From Candidatus Vogelbacteria bacterium (lineage in GTDB: Bacteria > Patescibacteriota > Minisyncoccia > Phycocordibacterales > XYD1-FULL-46-19), in NCBI GenBank assembly GCA_903864935.1, contig CAIPHT010000015.1, positions 6,618 through 70,617 on the forward strand: a stretch of DNA of 64,000 nucleotides, read 5' to 3'. Position 1 is the first letter of the stretch, and every line of letters begins with the position of its first letter. This document shows, one piece after another, positions 1-7,198 of the stretch. Both the position numbers and the translations under genes were made by a program. The notes below the pieces were generated by a model. The model did no database searches. It was not told where the DNA came from and worked only from the letters and a program-made list of their open reading frames with translations.

Positions 1-867
1 GCCGGTGATGTTATCCCGGATATCGTGCGGGTGCTTACTGAGTTACGCACGGGTAAGGAAAAAGTTTTTAAATGGCCAACGAGTCTTGAGGCTTGCTCGG
101 GCCCCATCGAGCGTATCCCGGGACAAGCAGCATGGCGTTGTGTCGATAAGAATTCTTATGCTCAACAGAAGCGCAAATTTTATCACTTTACTTCTAAGCA
201 TGCCTTCGATATTGAGAATCTCGGCCCGAAGATTGTTGATCAATTGATGGATGGGGGCTTGCTCGCTACTTATGCTGATATCTTCAGATTAGAGAAGGGC
301 GATCTCTTGGCTTTGCCTCGTTTTGCGGAGAAGTCGGCTGACAATTTAATCAAGTCTATTAATGAGCGCCGAACAATAGAACTCTCAAGATTTATTGTGG
401 GACTCTCTATCCCTAATGTGGGCGAAGAAACGGCCGAAGACGTGGCCGAACATTTTGGCACTCTGTCTAAAATTCAAAATGTAAAAGTAGAAGAACTCCA
501 AGCGATAGAGGGTGTAGGGGGGATTGTGGCTCAGTCTATTTATGACTGGTTCCGTGATTCTAACAACAATAACCTTGTCCAGGCATTGCTTAGCCAAATT
601 AGCATTTCCCACGAGACTAAGTCTCGTGGCAAAGAAGCTGGGAAGTTAAGAGGCAAGACCTTCGTCCTGACCGGCACCTTGCCGACACTCTCGCGAGATG
701 AAGCCAAGGTGCTAATTAAGAAAAATGGCGGCGAAGTCTCAAGTGCTGTCTCGTCTAAGACGAGTTATGTCTTGGCGGGCAGTGAGGCAGGCTCCAAACT
801 CAAGCAAGCTGAGCGATTAAATGTTACAATCATTAGCGAAACAGAGTTTTATAAATTGATAAAGTAA
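1..867 (+). CDS. ligA: NAD-dependent DNA ligase LigA, C-terminal part (the gene starts upstream of the window)
   Basis: Frame 1 is open from nt 1 and translates AGDVIPDIVRVL, the LigA OB-fold motif. HhH repeats follow and a C-terminal BRCT domain (GKTFVLTGTLPTLSRDEAKVLIKKNGGEVSSAVSSKTSYVLAG) ends at a TAA. Confidence 0.85.
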   Translation, partial: AGDVIPDIVRVLTELRTGKEKVFKWPTSLEACSGPIERIPGQAAWRCVDKNSYAQQKRKFYHFTSKHAFDIENLGPKIVDQLMDGGLLATYADIFRLEKGDLLALPRFAEKSADNLIKSINERRTIELSRFIVGLSIPNVGEETAEDVAEHFGTLSKIQNVKVEELQAIEGVGGIVAQSIYDWFRDSNNNNLVQALLSQISISHETKSRGKEAGKLRGKTFVLTGTLPTLSRDEAKVLIKKNGGEVSSAVSSKTSYVLAGSEAGSKLKQAERLNVTIISETEFYKLIK

Positions 868-873
868 AAAATG

Positions 874-913
874 ATGTTAACACTTTTTGACGGCCGTCAA
901 AAAGTGTTAACAT
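874..913. repeat. Perfect 40-nt palindrome atgttaacactttttgacgg|ccgtcaaaaagtgttaacat (P-element copy P1), intergenic between ligA and the pseudouridine synthase gene
   Basis: Exact reverse-complement symmetry was read directly from the sequence. The core TTGACGGCCGTCAA recurs at five other loci. Confidence 0.8.
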
Positions 914-924
914 TAAGAAAAATT

Positions 925-1641
925 ATGAGTGATTTAATTAACTACCCCATTCGAATAAATAGATATCTTGAGCTACAAGGTGTAGCGACTAGGCGTGGCG
1001 CGGATGACCTGATTGCTGAAGGTTTGGTTTTTGTGAATGGCAAGAGAGCCGTCCTCGGTTATAAAGTTAATAAAAATGATAAGGTTGAAGTCTCGCCCAA
1101 GGCGGGGATTAAGGAGAAGGTCTTCGAATATTTTGCGTTCTACAAACCGCGCGGGATTGTTACTCACTCACCACAAGAAGATGAGAGAGAGATTTCGGAT
1201 CTAACTAAGCGCAAAGATATTTTTCCCCTTGGACGTCTCGATAAAGAATCTGAAGGTTTAATTATCCTTACTAACGATGGCCGTATCACCGACCGTTTGC
1301 TTAATCCGAAGTATGAGCACGAGAAGGAGTATGAGGTAGAGGTAAAAGAGAAAGTTTCTCCCATGCATAAGAAGATTCTTGAGGGTGGGATTATTTCGCT
1401 CCGGGAAATGCTCAAAGCCAAACACGTGGAGATTACGGGGCCAAGCACGATGACCATACTCCTAACTGAAGGTAAGAAGCATCAAATTCGCCGCATGTTA
1501 GATGGCGCTCATTTGACAGTGAAGAGCCTAAAGAGGGTGCGAGTGATGAACATAAAACTAGGCAAATTACGCTCTGGTGAGTGGCGCGCTCTTGGTGGTA
1601 AAGAACTCTCTGATTTCTTCTCCGAAATTGGCCTAAAATAA
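925..1641 (+). CDS. RsuA/RluB-family rRNA pseudouridine synthase (S4 domain plus catalytic domain)
   Basis: S4-like N-terminus (YPIRINRYLELQGVATRRGADDLIAEGLVFVNGKR) and the catalytic motif FAFYKPRGIVTH...LGRLDKESEGLIILTNDG. The start was moved to the ATG at 925 because the upstream ATG at 871 lies inside palindrome P1. Confidence 0.8.
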   Translation: MSDLINYPIRINRYLELQGVATRRGADDLIAEGLVFVNGKRAVLGYKVNKNDKVEVSPKAGIKEKVFEYFAFYKPRGIVTHSPQEDEREISDLTKRKDIFPLGRLDKESEGLIILTNDGRITDRLLNPKYEHEKEYEVEVKEKVSPMHKKILEGGIISLREMLKAKHVEITGPSTMTILLTEGKKHQIRRMLDGAHLTVKSLKRVRVMNIKLGKLRSGEWRALGGKELSDFFSEIGLK

Positions 1642-1656
1642 GGAGTTTTTTGGCTC

Positions 1657-1686
1657 TTGACAAGTAGGGTGTTTTGGGTGTATAAT
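1657..1686 (+). promoter_or_regulatory. Sigma70-like promoter TTGACA-N18-TATAAT upstream of the small high-GC ORF
   Basis: Consensus -35 at 1657-1662 and -10 at 1681-1686. Confidence 0.4.
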
Positions 1687-1751
1687 AAAAAGGTATTTGA
1701 ACATGTAAAACTGTATGCAGGCTTTGGCCGCGTACTTAAGAAAGGACTGTC

Positions 1752-2030
1752 GTGAAAAAGTATGCTATTTCCGTTGCCGTTTGTCTTCTCGTCTCGGCCC
1801 TCATTTTTGGTGGAACGGGACCGGTGTGGTGCCTCATCGGACTTTTCGAGGCTTGGGCATTCGGAAAGATGAGCCAGTCGACCTACACCCTCCTGCTTTG
1901 GAAGAGCACTGACAGAGAAGGTCTCTCTTACTGGAAGAGTGGATACCGAAAAGTGTCGGGCTGGATCACCATTATGGTTTTGGGCCCACTGGCCATCTTC
2001 TGGATGATGGGCCGGTATGCCCAGCTCTAG
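1752..2030 (+). CDS. Small hypothetical membrane protein (92 aa) in a local high-GC patch
   Basis: Two predicted TM helices. GC is clearly higher than in the flanking DNA. Confidence 0.4.
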   Translation: MKKYAISVAVCLLVSALIFGGTGPVWCLIGLFEAWAFGKMSQSTYTLLLWKSTDREGLSYWKSGYRKVSGWITIMVLGPLAIFWMMGRYAQL

Positions 2031-2057
2031 GCCCACCGTTTTTTTTGCCCTGTTGCG

Positions 2058-2090
2058 AGGCCCTGCCTCCAACAGGGCCTTCGTGTTTTC
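2058..2090 (+). terminator. Rho-independent terminator candidate
   Basis: Hairpin aggccctg-cctccaa-cagggcct followed by tcgtgttttc. Confidence 0.45.
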
Positions 2091-2118
2091 AATTTTCAAA
2101 ACTTATTTTTAATGCTAT

Positions 2119-2428
2119 ACTGGCCCGTATGTTAGAGCGAAAAGATATTGATAATCTGGCGAATTTGGCCAGAATTGCCTTGTCTGAAGAAGAGAAGGAC
2201 AAGCTCCAGAAGGATATGGAGTCTATTTTGGGCTATATTGGCGAATTGCAAAAGGCCCCCTCCTTCGCTGAAGCTTCGGAGGGCAAGCCCGGTAATCATT
2301 ATCTTCGTAACGTTATGCGTGAAGATGTTGAGCCTTTTGAGGCGGGAGCAAATACCGAATCAATTTTATCGCAAGCGCCTAAGCGTCGCGGTGATTATTT
2401 TGTGGTGAAGAAAATACTCGACAATTAG
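2119..2428 (+). CDS. gatC: Glu-tRNA(Gln)/Asp-tRNA(Asn) amidotransferase subunit C
   Basis: MLERKDIDNLANLARIALSEEEKDKLQKDMESILGYIGEL is a typical GatC, and it lies directly upstream of gatA. Confidence 0.8.
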
Positions 2429-2477
2429 ATTGTCTCAAAATTTCTAATTTCTAATTTCTAAATTTAAAAACTAACAA

Positions 2478-3977
2478 ATGAAACTAACTGCAGAAAAACT
2501 AAAGGATTTGACTATTCGATCAGCGCACGAGGCGTTGATGAAGGGGGACTTCACGGCGGTTGAATTAGCTGAGGCTTACTTGGCCGAGATTGAGAAGAAG
2601 AATCCCGAGCTCAATGCTTATCTTGAAGTTTTTGCGGATGTTATTGATCAGGCTAAAGAGGCTGATAGAAAAATTGCTGAAGCCAAGAAAGAAGGGAAAG
2701 AAAGCGAGCTCGATATTTTGATTGGTATTCCCATGGCCATTAAAGATAATATTTTGATCAAGGGGCGCATTGCCTCATCGGCCTCGAAGATGCTTGAGAA
2801 TTATACGGCAACTTATAGTGCTACTGTTATTGAAAAATTAAAAGCCAAAGGGGTTGTCTTTTTGGGCCGAACAAACATGGATGAATTTGCGATGGGTGGT
2901 TCTACCGAGAACTCTGCTTATGGTATTACCAAGAATCCCCATGACCCTACTTGTGTTCCTGGTGGTTCCTCTGGTGGCTCAGCGACAGCCGTTGGAGGTA
3001 ATATGTGCCTCGCGGCCTTAGGTTCAGACACTGGTGGTTCGATTCGTCAGCCGTCGGCCTTTTGCGGGACCGTTGGTCTCAAGCCAACTTATGGCTCGGT
3101 CTCTCGTTATGGCGTGATGGCCATGGCCTCATCGCTCGATCAGATTGGACCGATTGCTAAGACGGTGGAGGATGCGGAGATTATCTATGATGCTATTCGC
3201 GGCTTCGATCGCTACGACTCTACTAGCTATGACTTGCCCGAAATACCCGCCTCCGCTAAGAGCTTCGGCGAGGCGAGGAAGATTAAAATAGGCGTACCTG
3301 AATCTTTCTTAAACCAAGGTGGTATTGATGAAGTTGTACTCAAGAACTTCCGTGAGACTCTGGCTAAGTTAGAGAAGGCGGGTTGTGAGATTAAGACGGT
3401 TGAGATGCCTAATCTCCATTATTCTCTCGCCACTTATTACATTACTGTTTTCTCTGAAGTCTCGGCCAATATGGCTCGTTTCGACGGGGTGCGTTATGGC
3501 TCGCACTTAGAGGGCAAAGATTTGCTCGAAGATTATATGAAGACGCGTGGTGAGAAACTTGGCCGTGAAGTTCGTCGTCGCATCATGCTCGGCACCTACG
3601 TGCTCTCGGCCGGCTACTATGATGCTTATTATAATAAGGCGACACAAGTGCGCGAATTGATTCGTCGTGATTATGCTAAAGCTTTCGACGAAGTGGATAT
3701 CGTGGCGACCCCAGTTGCTCCGTCATCAGCTTATCCGATTGGCAAGAATACCAATGACCCGCTCCAGATGTATCTAGAAGATATCTTCACTGTGCCGATC
3801 AATATGGCGGGTGTCCCTGGGATGGCGGTGCCAACCCGCCTAGGCTCGTCCGAGCTTCGGCGAGGCGAGGCAGGCAACACGGATCACTTGCCACTCTCGA
3901 TCCAAATAGTTGCCCCCTGGCGCAGGGATGACATTTTGTTCACACTTGGTAAAATAATAGAATCATGCCGGGCTTAA
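2478..3977 (+). CDS. gatA: Glu-tRNA(Gln) amidotransferase subunit A (amidase signature family)
   Basis: Amidase signature GGSSGGSA plus the Ser-cisSer-Lys context. There is a short C-terminal insertion (TRLGSSELRRGEAGNTDH) relative to a typical GatA. Confidence 0.9.
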   Translation: MKLTAEKLKDLTIRSAHEALMKGDFTAVELAEAYLAEIEKKNPELNAYLEVFADVIDQAKEADRKIAEAKKEGKESELDILIGIPMAIKDNILIKGRIASSASKMLENYTATYSATVIEKLKAKGVVFLGRTNMDEFAMGGSTENSAYGITKNPHDPTCVPGGSSGGSATAVGGNMCLAALGSDTGGSIRQPSAFCGTVGLKPTYGSVSRYGVMAMASSLDQIGPIAKTVEDAEIIYDAIRGFDRYDSTSYDLPEIPASAKSFGEARKIKIGVPESFLNQGGIDEVVLKNFRETLAKLEKAGCEIKTVEMPNLHYSLATYYITVFSEVSANMARFDGVRYGSHLEGKDLLEDYMKTRGEKLGREVRRRIMLGTYVLSAGYYDAYYNKATQVRELIRRDYAKAFDEVDIVATPVAPSSAYPIGKNTNDPLQMYLEDIFTVPINMAGVPGMAVPTRLGSSELRRGEAGNTDHLPLSIQIVAPWRRDDILFTLGKIIESCRA

Positions 3978-4558
3978 ATTTTGATTACCTCTTATATGTA
4001 TTTTATGACTTCTTGGCGACCTTGTGGCGAATGATTTTCGATCCTTCTTTGCGATCGGGTCTCTTTAGTTGGTTTGATTGGTTGTGGTGGGTTTGCCTTA
4101 TCGTCTCTTTGCCTCTTTTGGCTGGTCTCATTTATTTTGTTTATAGTTACGAACAGATTCTGAAGGAACAACGCGAGAGGGTCTATGGTAAGCCTGGTAA
4201 TATTGTGGAGGCAGTTAAAGAAGATTTGGTTGTCGCTCCACCGGTGCGCAATGAAGCTTGGGAAAGGGTAACGAAGTTAATTGGCTCAGATAATCCAAAT
4301 GATTGGAAGTTTGCTATTATTGAGGCTGATAAAATACTCGAAATGGTTGTTGATACTTTTGCTGTGCCAGGAGATAATATGGGAGACAAAATGAAGAATA
4401 TTGAGCGTGGCGATTTCCAAACTATTGATGAGGCTTGGCAAGCACACAAGATTCGTAATCGAATTGCTCACGAGAGTAATTATCACATTAGTCAAAGAGA
4501 GGCCCGAATGGCCATAGCCAATTTCGAAAAAGTTTTTCAGGAATTTGACTTTATCTAG
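3965..4558 (+). CDS. Hypothetical protein with N-terminal TM helices and a C-terminal HEPN-like (DUF4145-like) domain
   Basis: Hydrophobic N-terminus, then a C-terminal KIRNRIAHES that matches the Rx4H HEPN signature. This was recognised by eye only. Confidence 0.35.
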   Translation: MPGLNFDYLLYVFYDFLATLWRMIFDPSLRSGLFSWFDWLWWVCLIVSLPLLAGLIYFVYSYEQILKEQRERVYGKPGNIVEAVKEDLVVAPPVRNEAWERVTKLIGSDNPNDWKFAIIEADKILEMVVDTFAVPGDNMGDKMKNIERGDFQTIDEAWQAHKIRNRIAHESNYHISQREARMAIANFEKVFQEFDFI

Positions 4559-4577
4559 CTTGATAGTATAATTAGAG

Positions 4578-4648
4578 AGCGGGGTAGAGTAATGGTAATT
4601 CGTAAGGCTCATAACCTTGAGACGCCGGTCCGAATCCGGCCCCCGCAA
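4578..4648 (+). tRNA. tRNA-Met (anticodon CAU), initiator-like
   Basis: Hand-folded cloverleaf with anticodon loop CUCAUAA and T-loop TCCGAAT. The A1·A72 mismatch and A11:U24 pair are features of initiator tRNAs. CC is encoded after discriminator A. Confidence 0.55.
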
Positions 4649-4657
4649 CCGCGTAAA

Positions 4658-4695
4658 GAAAAAGACAAGTTGAAAAACTTGTCTTTTTCGGTTAA
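4658..4695 (+). terminator. Hairpin (aagacaagtt-gaaa-aacttgtctt) plus a T-tract, lying between two tRNA genes
   Basis: 10-bp stem followed by tttcgg. Confidence 0.5.
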
Positions 4696-4707
4696 GATGT
4701 ACCCATT

Positions 4708-4784
4708 GTCGGCGTAGCTCAGTTGGTTAGAGCGTGGGACTCATAAGCCCAAGGTCGGAGGTTCGATTCCTCCCGCCGACACCA
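4708..4784 (+). tRNA. tRNA-Met (CAU), with G1-C72, so elongator Met or possibly tRNA-Ile2. CCA is encoded.
   Basis: Cloverleaf gtcggcg...cgccgac-A-CCA with anticodon loop CUCAUAA and T-loop TTCGATT. Confidence 0.8.
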
Positions 4785-4868
4785 CGTAAAGTCTTACTTT
4801 AGCGTGACCACGTGGCATAGCCCCTTTGATTTGATAATCTTGGGAGATTATGTCAAAATAGGACGTCT

Positions 4869-4943
4869 GCGGTCGTAGCTCAATTTGGTTAGAGCATCCG
4901 CCTGTCACGCGGAAGGTTGCCGGTTCAAGTCCGGTCGACCGCG
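4869..4943 (+). tRNA. tRNA-Asp (GUC)
   Basis: Acceptor gcggtcg/cgaccgc, anticodon loop CUGUCAC, T-loop TTCAAGT. Confidence 0.85.
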
Positions 4944-4973
4944 CAGAATAAGTTCTTTAAAATAGAAATACAT

Positions 4974-5046
4974 GCCGTTGTAGCTCAGTTGGTAGAGCAC
5001 GTCATTGGTAATGACGAGGTCGACAGTTCAATCCTGTCCAACGGCT
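4974..5046 (+). tRNA. tRNA-Thr (GGU)
   Basis: Acceptor gccgttg/caacggc, anticodon loop TTGGTAA, T-loop TTCAATC. Confidence 0.85.
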
Positions 5047-5076
5047 CCGAGCAATAAAAGGTGACCATCTCAAAAT

Positions 5077-5105
5077 TTGACACTGGTCTACGTGTTTTAT
5101 ATAAT
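5077..5105 (+). promoter_or_regulatory. Perfect consensus sigma70 promoter TTGACA-N17-TATAAT whose predicted start site coincides with the ATG of the HNH gene (leaderless)
   Basis: -35 at 5077-5082, a 17-nt spacer and -10 at 5100-5105. The ATG at 5112 lies 6 nt downstream of the -10. Confidence 0.5.
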
Positions 5106-5111
5106 TAAGAC

Positions 5112-5567
5112 ATGTTGAGACCGAAGATAGCTAACGATGGATGTTTGGTTTGTGGCAAAGAGAAAGCCCGGGCTAAGTATAAATATTGCAGTAATGCCTG
5201 CCAGATTGAATATCAGTATCAATCTTATATTAAGAGTTGGAAAGAAGGTAAAGAGAGTGGATTGCAAGGCTTAGGTATCGTCTCTGGTTATGTTAAGAGG
5301 TACTTAAGAATAAAATTCAAAAATAAATGTTGTCTATGTGGTTGGTCAAAAATTAATACGAAAATAGGATATTCTCCATTGGTTGCGGATCATATTGATG
5401 GAAATTGGCGAAATAACAAAGAGAGCAATCTTCGCTTAATTTGTCCAAATTGTGACTCGCTGACGTCAACGTATGCGGGATTAAATAGAGGGAAAGGAAG
5501 GGGTAATCGGGTTAGAAGCAAAAGGGCAACAGAGGGTCGTGGTTATGCTACAAATAAGCCGTCCTAG
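5112..5567 (+). CDS. Free-standing HNH (His-Me finger) endonuclease with an N-terminal Cys4 zinc finger, inserted in the tRNA array
   Basis: CLVCGKEK...CSNAC zinc finger followed by the HNH motif CCLCGW...ADHIDGNWRNN...NLRLICPNCD. The region is AT-rich and the 3' end overlaps tRNA-Thr(CGU) by 10 nt. Confidence 0.75.
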   Translation: MLRPKIANDGCLVCGKEKARAKYKYCSNACQIEYQYQSYIKSWKEGKESGLQGLGIVSGYVKRYLRIKFKNKCCLCGWSKINTKIGYSPLVADHIDGNWRNNKESNLRLICPNCDSLTSTYAGLNRGKGRGNRVRSKRATEGRGYATNKPS

Positions 5568-5630
5568 CTCAATTGGTAGAGCAATGGTATCGTAAACCAT
5601 AGGTTGTCGGTTCAATTCCGACGGACGGCT
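5558..5630 (+). tRNA. tRNA-Thr (CGU)
   Basis: Acceptor gccgtcc/ggacggc, anticodon stem atggt/accat with loop ATCGTAA, T-loop TTCAATT. There is no long variable arm, so it is not Tyr. Confidence 0.8.
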
Positions 5631-5634
5631 CAGT

Positions 5635-6504
5635 ATGGATGAAATCAAACAAAAAATAGAAGCGATAGAAGCAGAGATGCTCCAGCCGGATTTTTGGTCC
5701 AATAAAGATTTGGCCCAAGAAAAAATTAAAGAGCTGAATCAACTTAAAGAAGATTTAGCCGGGGTTAATAAATATGACAAGAGTGATGCCATTATCACTA
5801 TCTTTGCTGGAGCGGGGGGCGATGATGCGGAGGATTGGGCGCGTATGCTCTTCGAGATGTATTTTAAGTGGGCCGATAACCACAAGTTTGAGTTCGCTCT
5901 TATCCACCAGAATATGAATGATCGCAATGGTTATCGCAATGTCACCTTCGAACTTCGTGGTAAAGGTGTTTATGGTTTGCTTAAGAACGAATCGGGCGTG
6001 CATCGCTTGGTGCGCATCTCTCCTTTTAACGCCAAGAGCTTGCGTCACACCTCTTTTGCTTTGGTTGAAGTTATCCCGCGCTTTGAGAAGATGGGAGAGA
6101 TTAAGATCCCCGATGACGACCTGAAGATTGAGTTTGCGCGTTCCTCTGGTCCGGGCGGTCAGAATGTTAATAAACGAGAGACGGCGGTGCGTATTGTCCA
6201 TTTGTCAACAAACATCGCTGTCCATGTTGATTCAGAACGGTCCCAGCTCCAGAATCGAGAGAAGGCGATGGCGATTTTGGCCGGCAAGCTCTACAAGAAA
6301 GCGGAGGAAGATCGGCAAAAAGCGGAGAAGGGTATGTATGTGAGTAAGACGACCGAGATCGAGTGGGGTAGTCAGATTCGCTCTTATGTCTTGCATCCTT
6401 ATAAAATGGTTAAGGATCACCGAACAGAAATAGAGACTAGTGATGTGGAGGCGGTCTTGTCTGGGGATTTAGATGTTTTCCTTGAAGCCGAAAAAGGTTT
6501 ATAA
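5635..6504 (+). CDS. prfB: Peptide chain release factor 2 (compact N-terminus, no programmed frameshift)
   Basis: SPF tripeptide (RISPFNAKS), the GGQ motif (SGPGGQNVNK), and a start immediately after the tRNA. Confidence 0.85.
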   Translation: MDEIKQKIEAIEAEMLQPDFWSNKDLAQEKIKELNQLKEDLAGVNKYDKSDAIITIFAGAGGDDAEDWARMLFEMYFKWADNHKFEFALIHQNMNDRNGYRNVTFELRGKGVYGLLKNESGVHRLVRISPFNAKSLRHTSFALVEVIPRFEKMGEIKIPDDDLKIEFARSSGPGGQNVNKRETAVRIVHLSTNIAVHVDSERSQLQNREKAMAILAGKLYKKAEEDRQKAEKGMYVSKTTEIEWGSQIRSYVLHPYKMVKDHRTEIETSDVEAVLSGDLDVFLEAEKGL

Positions 6505-6512
6505 TAAGGACA

Positions 6513-7190
6513 ATGATTTACTTTGATAAAGTTTGCAAAATTTACTCTAATTCAGTGGCTTTAGAGGACGTGACCTTCACTGTTCTGCCAGGAGAGTTTA
6601 TCTCTATTGTTGGTCATTCTGGCGCCGGCAAGACAACTCTCCTGAAGATGATTCTGGCCGAAGATTGCCCAACTTCGGGTAATGTTTATTTTGACTCTGT
6701 CGATATTCATAAAGTTAGCAAAGGTAAATTGCCGTTACTTCGTCGTCGCATCGGGTCGGTTTTTCAAGACTTTCGCCTTTTGCCCAATAAGACCGCTTAT
6801 GAGAATATCGCTTTTACTATGGAGGCCTCTGGCCGGCCAGACGACGAGATTAAGTCTGATATTCCTCACGTGCTTGAACTTGTGGGCTTGGGGGGCAAGC
6901 TAGCTAATTTCCCACACGAACTTTCTGGGGGGGAGAGACAGCGCCTGGCGATTGCTCGGGCCATTATCAATCAACCTGACCTTCTTATTGCTGATGAACC
7001 AACAGGCAATCTTGATCCGATTAATACAGCGGAGATTATTGAAATTTTCAAGAAAATTAATCAGATCGGCACGACGGTGATACTTACCACTCACAATAAG
7101 AAAGTCATCGATAGTCTTGGTCGACGAGTTATCACTTTAGATCAGGGCCGGGTGGTGAGAGATGACAAGGAGGGTAAGTATGCTTTATAA
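6513..7190 (+). CDS. ftsE: Cell-division ABC transporter ATP-binding protein FtsE
   Basis: Walker A GHSGAGKTT, ABC signature LSGGERQR, Walker B LLIADEPT, and adjacency to ftsX. Confidence 0.9.
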   Translation: MIYFDKVCKIYSNSVALEDVTFTVLPGEFISIVGHSGAGKTTLLKMILAEDCPTSGNVYFDSVDIHKVSKGKLPLLRRRIGSVFQDFRLLPNKTAYENIAFTMEASGRPDDEIKSDIPHVLELVGLGGKLANFPHELSGGERQRLAIARAIINQPDLLIADEPTGNLDPINTAEIIEIFKKINQIGTTVILTTHNKKVIDSLGRRVITLDQGRVVRDDKEGKYAL

Positions 7191-7198
7191 TTAAAATA

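Noticed and set aside
871-924. Upstream ATG start (MMLTLFDGRQKVLTLRK...) for the pseudouridine synthase
   Set aside because: These codons are the 40-nt perfect palindrome P1 read in frame. The conserved S4 domain begins after the ATG at 925, so the palindrome is treated as intergenic.
1509-2099. Minus-strand ORF (196 aa) spanning the end of the pseudouridine synthase gene and the small membrane ORF
   Set aside because: It overlaps two plus-strand genes and the consensus promoter, and its translation is low-complexity. It is judged an artefact of the local GC-rich patch.
5558-5630. tRNA-Tyr (GUA) assignment for this tRNA
   Set aside because: The anticodon-stem register (atggt/accat) places CGU at positions 34-36. 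There is no long variable arm, which bacterial tRNA-Tyr requires.
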